Origin: an uncultured Gemmatimonadaceae bacterium
GTDB lineage: Bacteria; Gemmatimonadota; Gemmatimonadetes; Gemmatimonadales; Gemmatimonadaceae
Reading direction: 5' to 3'
Assembly: GCA_963729495.1 (NCBI GenBank)
Contig: CAVSOM010000013.1
Location: 7,247-71,246, forward strand
DNA length: 64,000 nt
Part shown: one piece after another, positions 47,200 to 57,148 of the stretch
How positions within the stretch are numbered: position 1 is the first letter of the stretch
How the letters are laid out: the number at the start of each line of letters is the position of its first letter
Translations under genes and position numbers: made by a program
Notes under the pieces: generated by a model
What the model was told of the DNA's origin: nothing
Database searches by the model: none
The model's input: only the letters and a program-made list of their open reading frames with translations

Positions 47200-48623
47200 G
47201 CATCGAGGTGCGCGCGCCCGAGCGGCGCGAGCCTCCGGCGTCGGCCCCGGAATTCTGGACGCGCGACCGGGTGGCCGATGCGCTGGGGCTCGGACCGCGG
47301 GGCGCGGGCCGGTTCGGCCGCGTCTGGACCGACACCCGCACGCTGCAACCGGGCGATCTGTTCGTGGCGCTCGCGGGGCCGAACTTCGACGGTCACGACT
47401 ACCTGGCGCAGGCGGTGGCGGCGGGGGCGGGCGGCGTGGTGGTGTCGCGCCCCGAGCGGGCGGCGGGGCTCGGGGTGCCCGTGTACGTGGTGGCGCGCAC
47501 CGAACGCGCGCTGGGCGCGCTCGCCCGTTACCGGCGGCGCGTCTGGAACGGACCGGTGGTGGCAGTCGTGGGCTCCAACGGCAAGACCGGCACCAAGGAG
47601 CTGCTGCGGGCCGCCCTCGGGTCGCGGCTGGAGGTGCACGCGTCCGAAGCGAACTACAACAACTTGATCGGCGTGCCGCTCACCCTGCTCGCGATCCCCG
47701 ACTTCGCGGACGTGGCGGTGGTGGAGATGGGCACCAACCGGCCGGGCGAGATCGCGGCCCTGCGCGCGATCGCGGAGCCGACCATCGTCGTCGTGACGTC
47801 GATTGGCGAGGAGCACCTGGAGGGGCTGGGCGATCTGGCCGGCGTGATGCGCGAGGAGCTGGCGGCGCTGGACGGCGTGCCCCTGGCGGTGGTGCCGGCG
47901 TCGCAGCCCGAGGTCGCGTCGGCCGCGTCCGGCCGAGCCGGCCGCGTGGTGGCGGCGGGGCTGGACGCGGGCGAGCTGCGGGCCGATCGCTGGCGCGTCG
48001 ACGCCGACGGATCGGGCACCGTGGTGCTGGGCGGCGTGGAGGTCCGTCCGCCGGCGCTCGGCGCGCACCACCTGCGCAACGCGATGCTCGCCCTGGCCGT
48101 TGCCGACGCCTGCGGCGTGTCCGTGGCCGACGCCGCCCGGGGAATCGAGGCGGCGCGCATGCCGGCCATGCGCGGATCGCTGGAGGCGTTGGGGGCCGCC
48201 CTGGTCATCAACGACGCGTACAACGCCAACCCCGAGTCGGTGCGCGCGGCCGTCGCGCTGCTCGCCCAGGCCGGGCACGGCCGGCAGCGGGTGGCCGTGC
48301 TCGGCACGATGCGCGAGATGGGGGTCCACACGCGGCGGGTGCACGACGAGCTGGCGCGCGAGGCGCTGGCCGGGCCGGTGGAACTGTTCGTGGGCATCGG
48401 CGAGTTCGGGGATGCGTTCGCCCGTGCCGGAGCGCCCCCTTCGCGCGTCATCAGTGCGACGGACGTCGACTCCGCGTGGCAGGCACTCGCTCCGCGACTC
48501 GAGCCCACGGCGGCGATCCTGCTCAAGGGATCGCGGGGGGTGCGGGTTGAGCGGCTGGTGCCCATGCTGGCGGCGTGGAGTGGGAAAGTTGGAGAGTCCG
48601 GCGGTCGGGCAGTCGGAGAGTAG
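47196..48623 (+). CDS. murF: UDP-MurNAc-tripeptide:D-Ala-D-Ala ligase MurF
   Basis: In-frame part of ORF 46878..48623 from ATG 47196 (ATGA overlap with murE). Motifs VGSNGKTGTKE and NDAYNANP. The last ~8 codons read into an inverted copy of the octamer repeat. Confidence 0.9.
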   Translation: MSIEVRAPERREPPASAPEFWTRDRVADALGLGPRGAGRFGRVWTDTRTLQPGDLFVALAGPNFDGHDYLAQAVAAGAGGVVVSRPERAAGLGVPVYVVARTERALGALARYRRRVWNGPVVAVVGSNGKTGTKELLRAALGSRLEVHASEANYNNLIGVPLTLLAIPDFADVAVVEMGTNRPGEIAALRAIAEPTIVVVTSIGEEHLEGLGDLAGVMREELAALDGVPLAVVPASQPEVASAASGRAGRVVAAGLDAGELRADRWRVDADGSGTVVLGGVEVRPPALGAHHLRNAMLALAVADACGVSVADAARGIEAARMPAMRGSLEALGAALVINDAYNANPESVRAAVALLAQAGHGRQRVAVLGTMREMGVHTRRVHDELAREALAGPVELFVGIGEFGDAFARAGAPPSRVISATDVDSAWQALAPRLEPTAAILLKGSRGVRVERLVPMLAAWSGKVGESGGRAVGE

Positions 48624-48648
48624 CGGGTCATCCGCGTGACGTAGTTTG

Positions 48649-48728
48649 CTGCCCGACTGCCCGACTGCCCGACTGCCCGACTGCCCGACTGCCCGACTGC
48701 CCGACTGCCAAACTGCCAAACTGCCAAA
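48649..48728. repeat. Ten tandem 8-bp units: 6 x CTGCCCGA, 3 x CTGCCAAA, 1 x CTGCCCGA
   Basis: Read directly in the murF|mraY spacer. An inverted copy (gtcgggcagtcgg, 48604-48616) lies inside the murF 3-prime end and could pair with any of the direct units. Confidence 0.9.
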
Positions 48729-48775
48729 CTGCCCGACACTTTCGTTACCGCGATCTTCCCCCAATATCCCCACTC

Positions 48776-49921
48776 GTGCTCTACTTCTTCCTCGTTCCGC
48801 TGGCCCGGCAGTTTCGCATTCTCAATCTGTTCACGTACATCACCTTCCGAGCCGCGGGCGCGGCGGTGACGGCGCTGGTGCTGGCGTTCATCGTGGGGCC
48901 GGCCATCATTCGCCGCCTGCGCGGGGGCGCGGTGACGCAGGAGGTGCGCGAGGGCACGCCCGAGACGCACGTCGGCAAGGGGGAGACTCCCACGATGGGC
49001 GGGCTGATCATCCTGTTCGCGTCGGTGGGGTCCACGCTGCTCTGGGCCCGCCTGAGCAGCCGCTACATCTTGCTGGCGCTGGCCGTCACGGCCGCGATGG
49101 GCGCCATCGGCCTGGTGGACGACGTGCTGAAGGTTCGCCAGAAGCGGGCGGGGGAGAAGAATCTGGGGTTGGTGGAGCGGTACAAGCTGATCGGGCAGGT
49201 CACGATCGGGCTGCTGCTGGGCATCTACGTCTGGCAGTTTCCGCTGTCGCCCGACCTGCCGGGAGCGTCCACCACGCTGCCGTTCTTCAAGTACGTGCTG
49301 GTGGTGCCGATCTCGGCGGCGTTCGCCTGGGTGTACGTGGTGTTCACGACCTTCGTGCTGACCGGGGCGAGCAACGCGGTGAATCTCACCGACGGGCTGG
49401 ACGGCCTGGCGGCCGGGTTGTCGGCGATCGCGTTCGCGACGTTCGCGGCGTTCGCCTACGTGATCGGGCGCGTGGACTGGAGCCACTACCTGGGGCTGTT
49501 CTACCTGGCGAATTCCGGCGAGCTGACCGTGTTTTGCGCGGCGATGGCCGGCGCGCTCCTCGCGTTCCTCTGGTTCAACACGCATCCGGCGGAGATCTTC
49601 ATGGGCGACACGGGGTCGTTGGCCCTGGGCGGAGGGCTGGGGGTCGTGGCGATCCTGCTCAAGTCGGAGTTTCTGCTCGTGTTCGTGGGCGGGGTGTTCA
49701 TGTGGGAGACGCTGTCGGTGATGATTCAACGGGGGGCGTTCAAGTACCGCCGCCGCCGCTACGGCCTGGAGTACGCCAGGGCGCACCGGGTGTTCCTGCG
49801 TGCGCCCATCCATCACCATTTCGAAATGAAGGGCTGGCCCGAGACGCAGGTGGTGGTGCGGTTCTGGATTCTCGGGCTGCTGTGCGCCTTCGTGGCCCTG
49901 GCCACGCTCAAGGTGCGGTGA
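48776..49921 (+). CDS. mraY: Phospho-MurNAc-pentapeptide translocase MraY
   Basis: In-frame part of ORF 48575..49921 from GTG 48776 (VLYFFLVPLARQFRILNLFTYITFR). Motifs NAVNLTDGLDGLA, MGDTGSLALGG and HHHFE. The upstream part of the ORF is just the translated octamer repeat. Confidence 0.9.
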   Translation: MLYFFLVPLARQFRILNLFTYITFRAAGAAVTALVLAFIVGPAIIRRLRGGAVTQEVREGTPETHVGKGETPTMGGLIILFASVGSTLLWARLSSRYILLALAVTAAMGAIGLVDDVLKVRQKRAGEKNLGLVERYKLIGQVTIGLLLGIYVWQFPLSPDLPGASTTLPFFKYVLVVPISAAFAWVYVVFTTFVLTGASNAVNLTDGLDGLAAGLSAIAFATFAAFAYVIGRVDWSHYLGLFYLANSGELTVFCAAMAGALLAFLWFNTHPAEIFMGDTGSLALGGGLGVVAILLKSEFLLVFVGGVFMWETLSVMIQRGAFKYRRRRYGLEYARAHRVFLRAPIHHHFEMKGWPETQVVVRFWILGLLCAFVALATLKVR

Positions 49922-49928
49922 CCGCGTC

Positions 49929-51324
49929 GTGACGCGCATTTCGGAAGCGGCGATGGAGCTGGGGTGGCTGCGCGGCGAGATCGCCGTGCTCGGCCTGGCG
50001 CGCAGCGGGCGCTCGGTGGGCACGCTGCTCGCGCGCACGGGGGCGGACGTCTACGCGTCCGACGCGGGCACGTCGGCCTCGGTGACCGCGGCGGCCGACG
50101 CGTTGCGGGCCGACGGCGCGGCGGTGGACGTGGGGCGTCACGACCTGGAGCGGATCGCGCGGGCGTCGCTCGTCGTCACGAGCCCCGGCGTGCCGCCGGG
50201 CTCGGCCCCGCTGGCCGCGGCCCGCGGGGCCGGCATTCCGGTGGTGAGCGAGGTGGAGGTCGCCCTCCGGTTCCTGCCAGCGCTCCGCTACGTGGCGGTC
50301 ACGGGCACCAACGGCAAGACCACGACGACCACGCTCGTCGCGCACCTGTTGCGCGCGCTGGGCGTGCGGGCCGTGGCGGCGGGGAACATCGGGCGCCCTC
50401 TGAGCGAGTTGGCGCTGTCGGCCGAGCCGGCGCCGTGGGTGGCGCTCGAAGTGTCGTCGTTCCAGCTCCACCACACGCCGTCGATCGCGCCCGACGTGGG
50501 GGTGCTCACCAACCTGGCGCCCAACCACCTGGACCGGTACCCCGACGTGGCGGCGTACTATGCGGACAAGGCGCTGCTCTTCCGCAACGCGTCGGCGGCG
50601 TCGACCTGGGTGGTCAATGGCGACGACGCCGCGTCGCAGCAGATGGTGGCCGACGTCGCCGGGGCTCCGCGCCGACTTTGCCGCGGGCCGGCGCGCCGAC
50701 GCCTACTACGACCGGGAGCGCGACCGGCTGGTGGTGCTCGGGGAGCCGGTGATCGCGCGCAGCGAACTGCGGCTGGTGGGCGACCACAACGTCGCCAACG
50801 CGCTCGCCGCCACGCTCGCCGTGCTGCTCGCCGACCCCGGGCACCGCACGCGCCTGTCGGTGGCGCAGGTCGCCGCCGGCCTGCGCGCGTTCACCGCGCT
50901 GGAGCACCGCATCGAGCCGGTGGGCGAGGCCGGCGGGGTGACGTGGATCAACGACTCCAAGTCCACCAACGTGATGTCCACGCTGGTTGCGCTGCGCGGC
51001 ATGACGCGGCCCACGGTGCTGTTGCTCGGCGGACGCCACAAGGGCGAACCGTACACGGCGCTGGCCGACGAGCTGCGCCGCACGGTGAAGCGCGTGATCG
51101 CCTATGGCGAGGCGGCGCCGATCATGGCGCGCGATCTGACGCGGCTGGCGCCGGTGACCGTGCTCCCCGCGGGCACGCCGTTCGCCGATGTCGTGGCCGA
51201 GGCCCGCGCGGCGGCCGAGCCGGGCGACGTGGTGCTGCTCTCGCCGGCCTGCTCGAGCTACGACATGTTCGCCGACTACGAGCAGCGCGGCGCGGAGTTC
51301 AAGCGCCTGGCGGCGCCGGCATGA
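49929..51324 (+). CDS. murD: UDP-MurNAc-L-Ala:D-Glu ligase MurD (frame broken at G-run 50661-50664 as sequenced)
   Basis: ORF 49929..(frame 0) reads IAVLGLARSGRS...VTGTNGKTTTT...NLAPNHLDRY. The frame of ORF 50560..51324 gives LRADFAAG...WINDSKSTN...SPACSSYDMF. ATG 49953 is an alternative start. Confidence 0.9.
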
Positions 51325-52553
51325 CGGGCGGCGCGATGCCCGACGGCTTGGGCGCCGCTCCGATCGACTGGGGCGCCGACCGGCGTCCCGCGGCGGCCGC
51401 GCAGGCCGGTGTCCGCGAGCGGTGGCGCATGGGCGCCGAGGCCAGGGCGATCACCCTGATCACCGCCGCCGTGCTCGCGTTCGGTCTCGCCGTGCTCTAC
51501 AGCGCGAGCGCCATCGTGGCGATGAACGAGGGCCGCGGCAACGCGTATTATCTGATCCGCCAGGTCGAGGGCGCCGCCGTGGGCGTGGTGGCGTTCGCCA
51601 TCGCCGCCAAGATGGACGCGCAGCGGTGGGAGCGGTGGGCGTGGCCGCTGATGTGGCTCACGCTCGCGACGATGGTCGCCTGCCTTGTGCTCCCGGCGAG
51701 CATCGCGCCGCGGGTCCACGGCTCCAAGCGGTTCCTGTTCGGCACGTCGCTGCAGCCGTCGGAACTGGCCAAGTTCGCGGTGATCGTGTGGGTGGCGATG
51801 CTCACCGTCAGGAAGGGCGACCAGCTCCGCCACCTGACCAAGGGGCTCCTGCCGTTCCTGCTCGTCGTCGGGCTGCTCGACGTGCTGGCGTTCCTCGAGC
51901 CCGACCTGTCGGTGGCCATGGTCTACACGCTGGTGATGGCCGTGATGCTCTACGCCGGCGGCGCCCGGATCGGCCACTTCGTGGCCCTCGGCGTGATCGT
52001 CACGCCGTTCGTATGGGCCCGGGCGGAGAAGCTGCAGTACGCCGTACTGCGGCTCACGAGCTTCTTCGACCCCGGGTCGGCGCCGGCCACGGTGAGCTAC
52101 CAGCTGCAGCAGTCGCTCGTGGCGGTGGGCTCGGGCCGGCTGTTCGGCGTGGGGTTCGGGGAGGGGCGCCAGCAGTACGGCTTCCTCCCGTTCCCGTACA
52201 GCGACTTCATCGCCAGCAACATCGGCGAGGAGTGGGGGTTCGTCGGACTGGCCGCGATCACGCTCGCCTTCGCGGCCTTCGGCCTGTTCGGATTCCGCAT
52301 CGCGCGTCAGGCACGGTCGCCGTTCCTGCAACTCGTCGCGGTCGGGCTCACGTTCGTCACCGTGCTCACGGCGCTGCTCCACGTGGGCGTGGTGGTCGGC
52401 CTGCTGCCGACCACGGGCCTCACGCTCCCGTTCGTGTCGTTCGGGCGCTCGAACCTCGTGCTCACCCTGTTCACCACCGGCGTGCTGGTCAACATCGGCA
52501 GCGCCAGGGAGCGCGTGTATGGGAGCGCGGCCACCGATCCGCTGGGGCGCTGA
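51321..52553 (+). CDS. ftsW: SEDS-family peptidoglycan glycosyltransferase FtsW
   Basis: Second half of ORF 49929..52553 from ATG 51321 (ATGA overlap with murD). Ten hydrophobic segments, LQPSELAKF and LTLPFVSFGRSN. Confidence 0.85.
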   Translation: MTGGAMPDGLGAAPIDWGADRRPAAAAQAGVRERWRMGAEARAITLITAAVLAFGLAVLYSASAIVAMNEGRGNAYYLIRQVEGAAVGVVAFAIAAKMDAQRWERWAWPLMWLTLATMVACLVLPASIAPRVHGSKRFLFGTSLQPSELAKFAVIVWVAMLTVRKGDQLRHLTKGLLPFLLVVGLLDVLAFLEPDLSVAMVYTLVMAVMLYAGGARIGHFVALGVIVTPFVWARAEKLQYAVLRLTSFFDPGSAPATVSYQLQQSLVAVGSGRLFGVGFGEGRQQYGFLPFPYSDFIASNIGEEWGFVGLAAITLAFAAFGLFGFRIARQARSPFLQLVAVGLTFVTVLTALLHVGVVVGLLPTTGLTLPFVSFGRSNLVLTLFTTGVLVNIGSARERVYGSAATDPLGR

Positions 52554-52556
52554 CCC

Positions 52557-53666
52557 GTGCGCGTGATCTTCGCCGGCGGCGGCACGGGGGGCCATCTCTA
52601 TCCGGGCCTGGCCATCGCGCGGGCCCTGGTGCGGGCGCGGCCCGGCATCGAACCGTACTTCGTGGGGGCGCGGCGCGGCATCGAGCAGCACGTGCTGCCG
52701 CAATCAGAATTTCCATATACGCTGCTCGACCTGCACCCGCTGCACCGGCGCGCCCCGTGGAAGAACTGGCGCACGCTGGTGAGCGCCGTGACGGTCTGGC
52801 GCCGGATCGGCGCGCTGGCGCGCGAGGAGCGGCCGGCGCTGGTCGTCGGCACCGGCGGCTACGCCTCGGGCCTGATGCTCGAATACGCGCGCCGGTGGCA
52901 CATGCCCATCGTGCAGCAGGTGGGCGACAGCTACCCGGGGCTCACGGCGCGCCGCTACGCCCGCGACTGCGCCGAGATCTACCTCACCTTTCCCGAGGCG
53001 GCGCGGTTCCTGCGCGTGCCCGACCGCACCCGGCTGATCGACACGGGCGCCCCGATCGATCCGCCCACCTCGATGAGCCTGTCGCGCCCCACGGCCCGCG
53101 CCAAGTGGGGCTTTCCCCGCACGGGGGGCCACGTGCTCCTCGTGTACGGCGGGAGCCAGGGGTCGCTGGCCATCAACCGCGCCGTCGCGGCCTGGATCGA
53201 CCTCGGCCTGCCCGACGACACCTACGTGATCTGGGGCACCGGCAAGGCGACCTACCAGGAGTTCGCGCGGTACGAGAGCGATCGGGTGCGCGTGCGCGAC
53301 TATCTGGCGCCGATCTCCGACGCCTACGCGGCCACCGATCTCGCCGTCGCGCGCGCCGGATCGATGACGACGAGCGAACTGTTCGCCTGGACCATCCCCG
53401 CCATCCTCGTGCCGCTGCCCACCGCCGCCGCCCAACACCAGACCACCAACGCGGCGACGCTCGAATACGCCGGCGCCGCCATCCATCTGCCCCAACACCA
53501 GCTCACTGGCCCCAAGTTGCACGCGCTCGTCGCCGAACTGTTCGCCGACCCGGCGCGCTTGCAGGCGCTCGCCGAGGGCGCGGCCCGCCGGGCACGGCCG
53601 CGGGCCGCCGAGACGATCGCCGAACACATTCTCGCCGTCATCGACCGGTCCACCCGCCGGTCTTGA
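52557..53666 (+). CDS. murG: Lipid II synthase MurG (UDP-GlcNAc transferase)
   Basis: ORF 52557..53666 with GGGTGGHLYPGLAIA and a C-terminal nucleotide-sugar-binding half (..ARAGSMTTSELFAW..). Confidence 0.9.
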   Translation: MRVIFAGGGTGGHLYPGLAIARALVRARPGIEPYFVGARRGIEQHVLPQSEFPYTLLDLHPLHRRAPWKNWRTLVSAVTVWRRIGALAREERPALVVGTGGYASGLMLEYARRWHMPIVQQVGDSYPGLTARRYARDCAEIYLTFPEAARFLRVPDRTRLIDTGAPIDPPTSMSLSRPTARAKWGFPRTGGHVLLVYGGSQGSLAINRAVAAWIDLGLPDDTYVIWGTGKATYQEFARYESDRVRVRDYLAPISDAYAATDLAVARAGSMTTSELFAWTIPAILVPLPTAAAQHQTTNAATLEYAGAAIHLPQHQLTGPKLHALVAELFADPARLQALAEGAARRARPRAAETIAEHILAVIDRSTRRS

Positions 53667-53704
53667 GGCGGGAGGCGCGCGCGCCCTATATTGCGCGCGC
53701 GTCC

Positions 53705-55081
53705 ATGCCCCTCATCGATCCGAACGACTCGCGCCCCGTCCACTTCGTGGGCATTGCCGGCGCGGGCATGCGCGCGCTCGCCGAACTGTTGGCGCGCCGG
53801 GGCGTGGCGGTGACGGGCTGCGATGCCGCCGCCGGCGACGCCGGCGACCTCCGCCGCCTCGGGGTCGCCGTGTCCGAGGGCCACGATCCCGCCCACGTCG
53901 ACGGGGCGCGCGCCGTCGTCGTCACCTCCGCGGTATCGCCCTCCCTTCCCGAGATCGAACGGGCGCGGACGCTCGGGCTCCCCGTGATCCGGCGCGCCGA
54001 AGCGCTGGGCGAAGCCACGGCGGGCGGCGAACTCGTGGCCATCGCCGGCACCCACGGCAAGTCGACCACCACGGTCATGGCCGCCGACGCGCTCGCGGCC
54101 GCCGGACGCGATCCCACCGCGCTCGTCGGCGCCCGGGTCACGGAATGGAACGGAAACCTCCGCGTGGGCGGCCGGTCGCTGTACGTGGTGGAGGCCGACG
54201 AGTACGATCGGTCGTTCCTCGCGCTGGCGCCCACGGTGGCCGTGATCACCAACGTCGAGGCCGACCACCTCGACATCTACCGGGACCTGGCCGACATCCG
54301 CGCCGCCTTCGCCCGGTTTGCCCGCGGGGCGCGCACGATCGTGCTCTCGGCCGACGACGCCGGCGCCCGCTCGCTCTCCCTGCCGGATGCGGCCGAGGTC
54401 GTGCGCTTCGGGGTGCGGTCCCCCGACGCGCGGCTCACCGCCGCCGCCATGCGGTACGACGACGGCGGGTCCCGGTTCGAGGTCCGGTTCGACGGCGCGC
54501 GCGTGGGCGCCGTGCGCCTGCGCGTGCCCGGGGAACACAACGTGCTGAACGCGCTGGCCGCGCTCGGCGCCGGGATGGCGGAGGGGCGCACCGTGGCGGA
54601 GTTGGCGCCTGGGCTCGAGGCGTTTCGGGGCGTGGAGCGACGCTTCCAGCGCGTGGGCGATGCCGCGGGCGTGACCGTGGTGGACGATTATGCCCATCAC
54701 CCCACGGAGATCGCGGCCACGCTGGCCGCGGCGCGCCAGGCCTTTCCCGGCCGGCGGCTGGTCGTCGCGTTCCAACCGCACCTGTACTCGCGCACCCGCG
54801 ATTTCTCGGCCGCCTTCGCCGACGCCCTGGGCGCGGCCGACGCGATCTTCCTCACCGAGATCTATCCGGCGCGCGAGCAGCCCATTCCGGGCGTGAACGC
54901 CGGGCTGATCGCCGACGCCCTGGGGCCCGCCGCCGGCCGCCTGCGCTGGCGCGGCGAGCGGACCGCGCTGGCCGCCGCGCTGGCCGAATTCGCCCGCGAG
55001 GGCGACGTCGTCGTCACGATGGGCGCCGGGGACGTCACGCGGTCGGCCGGCGAACTGGTGCAACGGCTGAGCGCGCGATGA
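53705..55081 (+). CDS. murC: UDP-MurNAc:L-Ala ligase MurC
   Basis: In-frame part of ORF 51188..55081 from ATG 53705. Motifs HFVGIAGAGM, IAGTHGKSTTT and DDYAHHPTEI. Confidence 0.9.
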   Translation: MPLIDPNDSRPVHFVGIAGAGMRALAELLARRGVAVTGCDAAAGDAGDLRRLGVAVSEGHDPAHVDGARAVVVTSAVSPSLPEIERARTLGLPVIRRAEALGEATAGGELVAIAGTHGKSTTTVMAADALAAAGRDPTALVGARVTEWNGNLRVGGRSLYVVEADEYDRSFLALAPTVAVITNVEADHLDIYRDLADIRAAFARFARGARTIVLSADDAGARSLSLPDAAEVVRFGVRSPDARLTAAAMRYDDGGSRFEVRFDGARVGAVRLRVPGEHNVLNALAALGAGMAEGRTVAELAPGLEAFRGVERRFQRVGDAAGVTVVDDYAHHPTEIAATLAAARQAFPGRRLVVAFQPHLYSRTRDFSAAFADALGAADAIFLTEIYPAREQPIPGVNAGLIADALGPAAGRLRWRGERTALAAALAEFAREGDVVVTMGAGDVTRSAGELVQRLSAR

Positions 55082-55809
55082 TGAAGCCGGAGGACGTGCG
55101 GCCGGCCCCCGCGATTCGCGAGACTTCGCGGGCCAGGCGCCGATGGAAACGCATCGGGGTGGCGGTCCTCGCGGCCGCCATCCTCGCGTCGCCCGTCTGG
55201 GGGCGCCCGCTGCTCGCCCGCATGGCGTTCTTTCGCGTCCGCCGGGTGCGGATCGAGGGCGCGCGCTACACCGCGGCGCGTGACATTCTGCGGCAGTTGA
55301 ACGTCGATACCACGGTGTCGGTGTGGACGGATCTCGATCCCCTCGAACGCCGGGTGGCGGAACTGCCGGAGGTGCGCGCGGCGGCGATTCGGCGTAAGCT
55401 TCCAGGCACGCTGGTCGTCACGGTCACGGAACGGGTGCCGGTGGCGCTCGTCCCGACGCCGCAGGGGCTGCGGCCGTACGATGCGGACGGACTGCCGCTG
55501 CCGATCGATCCGTCGAAGACGGCGGTGGACGCGCCGATCCTGGCGCGTCGCGACACGGCCGCGCTGCGATTGTTGGGGGAGCTCCGGGAGCGGGCGCCCG
55601 AGTTGTACCAGAATGTGAGCGATGTGCGGCGAGTGGGCGGCGAGCTGGATCTCACCCTGGCGACGTTTCTCGTTCGCGCGATGGCCAATGTGACCGTGCA
55701 CCGGTTGGAAGACCTGGAACCCGTGGAACGTGATCTCGCGGCCCGTCGCCTCCAGGTCGCCGAGCTGGACCTTCGATACCGTGACCAAGTGATCGCCCGA
55801 CTCAAATGA
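55078..55809 (+). CDS. ftsQ: Cell-division protein FtsQ (POTRA domain)
   Basis: In-frame part of ORF 54145..55809 from ATG 55078 (overlaps the murC stop). TM IGVAVLAAAILASPVW, then a POTRA-like FRVRRVRIEGARYTAARDIL...LPGTLVVTVTER. Confidence 0.75.
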   Translation: MMKPEDVRPAPAIRETSRARRRWKRIGVAVLAAAILASPVWGRPLLARMAFFRVRRVRIEGARYTAARDILRQLNVDTTVSVWTDLDPLERRVAELPEVRAAAIRRKLPGTLVVTVTERVPVALVPTPQGLRPYDADGLPLPIDPSKTAVDAPILARRDTAALRLLGELRERAPELYQNVSDVRRVGGELDLTLATFLVRAMANVTVHRLEDLEPVERDLAARRLQVAELDLRYRDQVIARLK

Positions 55810-57062
55810 ATACAGAACGCCTCGTCGCCGGTCTCGACATCGGCTCCGCCAAGACCACCGCCGTCATCGCCGAAGTCGTCGGCGATCTGCCGCGGCACCC
55901 CTCGATCAAGGTGCTGGGCGTGGGGCAGGCGCGCACCACCGGCATGCGGCGCGGCGTGGTGTCGGACATCGAGGAGACCACGCGCTCGATCCGCAAGGCG
56001 CTCCAGGACGCCGAACGCATGGCCGGCGCCCAGGTGCAGGAGCTCTACGCCGGCATCGCCGGCGAGCACGTGCAGGCCATGACCAGCAAGGGCATCGTCG
56101 CCGTGTCGGGCGACGAGATCAACAAGGCCGACGTCGAACGCGCCAACGAAGTGGCGCGCGCCCAGGCGATTCCGGCGGAACGCGAACTCCTGCACGCCAT
56201 TCCGCAGGAGTACACGGTGGACAAGAACACCGGCATCCGCGACCCCATCGGCATGAGCGGCATGCGGCTGGAGGTCGAGATGTACCTCGTGACGATCGGC
56301 AGTTCGCCGGCCATCAACCTCCGCAAGAGCGTGGAGCGGGCCGGGTACAAAGTGCGCGACCTCGTGCTCGAGCCACTGGCCAGCGCGCTCGCCGTGCTCA
56401 CCGAAGACGAGAAGGAGCTGGGCGTGGCGCTCGTCGAGATGGGTGCCGGCACCACCGACATCGCGGTGTTCCACGAAGGGAAGATCCGCCACCTCGGCAC
56501 GATCCCGTTCGGGGGCAACAACGTGACCAGCGACATCGTCCACGGGTTGGGCGTCACCCAGTCGGACGCCGAGCGGCTCAAGGAGCGCTACGGGTGCGCC
56601 TATGAACCGCTGGTCGATCCGCAGGACATCCTTCAATTGCCGAGCACGGTGGCGCAGGGGGAGCGGCAGATTCCGCGCGAGTTGCTGGCGCACATCATCC
56701 ACCAGCGCATGGACGAGATCTTCGACCTCGTGCAGGGCGACATCGCCAACGCCGGATTCGCCAACCGGCTGAGCGCGGGCATCGTGCTGACCGGCGGGGC
56801 GGCGGCCATGCAGGGCGCGGGCGAACTTGCGGCCGAGGTGTTCGGGTCGGGCGTTCGCGTCGGCTCGCCGGCGGAGAACATCGGCGGGCTCAGCGACTCG
56901 GTCGAGGCGCCCCGGTTCGCGACGGTGGTGGGGCTGGCGCAGTTCGGCGCCACGCGCCTGGCCCTGGGCGCGAGCTCCACGGCCAGGCGGCACTCGGTGA
57001 GCGGCGCGGGCATGGAGAAGTGGGTCCAGAAGCTGAAGTTCTGGCTGCAGGACTTCTTCTAG
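55806..57062 (+). CDS. ftsA: Cell-division protein FtsA (actin-like ATPase)
   Basis: ORF 55806..57062 with GLDIGSAKTTAVIAE, VEMGAGTTDIAVF and a C-terminal amphipathic helix KWVQKLKFWLQDFF. Confidence 0.9.
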   Translation: MNTERLVAGLDIGSAKTTAVIAEVVGDLPRHPSIKVLGVGQARTTGMRRGVVSDIEETTRSIRKALQDAERMAGAQVQELYAGIAGEHVQAMTSKGIVAVSGDEINKADVERANEVARAQAIPAERELLHAIPQEYTVDKNTGIRDPIGMSGMRLEVEMYLVTIGSSPAINLRKSVERAGYKVRDLVLEPLASALAVLTEDEKELGVALVEMGAGTTDIAVFHEGKIRHLGTIPFGGNNVTSDIVHGLGVTQSDAERLKERYGCAYEPLVDPQDILQLPSTVAQGERQIPRELLAHIIHQRMDEIFDLVQGDIANAGFANRLSAGIVLTGGAAAMQGAGELAAEVFGSGVRVGSPAENIGGLSDSVEAPRFATVVGLAQFGATRLALGASSTARRHSVSGAGMEKWVQKLKFWLQDFF

Positions 57063-57088
57063 GCAGCAGTAAGAGGGTACGAAGGTGC

Positions 57089-57148
57089 GAGAGTACGAGA
57101 GTAGGGAGTGACTGCGTGACGCAGTTGACCCCCTACTCTCGTACTCTC
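57089..57148. terminator. 18-bp perfect inverted repeat built from GTACGAG-type octamers; candidate bidirectional terminator between convergent ftsA and ogt
   Basis: gagagtacgagagtaggg (57089-57106) ... ccctactctcgtactctc (57131-57148). The 24-nt loop contains its own small palindrome ctgcg tga cgcag. The right arm overlaps the last codons of ogt. Confidence 0.6.

Noticed and set aside
48649-48728. Possible CRISPR array
   Set aside because: The units are 8 bp and directly abutting, with no unique spacers. No cas genes are in the window. It is a microsatellite-like tandem repeat instead.
48575-48775. N-terminal extensions of the mraY ORFs (CPTARLPDCPTARLPD... peptides)
   Set aside because: They are merely the translated 8-bp tandem repeat, which is open in all frames. 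The conserved MraY N-terminus begins at GTG 48776.
47654-50038. 794-aa minus-strand ORF antisense to murF, mraY and murD
   Set aside because: It is a shadow ORF of low-complexity Arg/His/Pro-rich text. The + strand genes carry canonical Mur ligase and MraY motifs.
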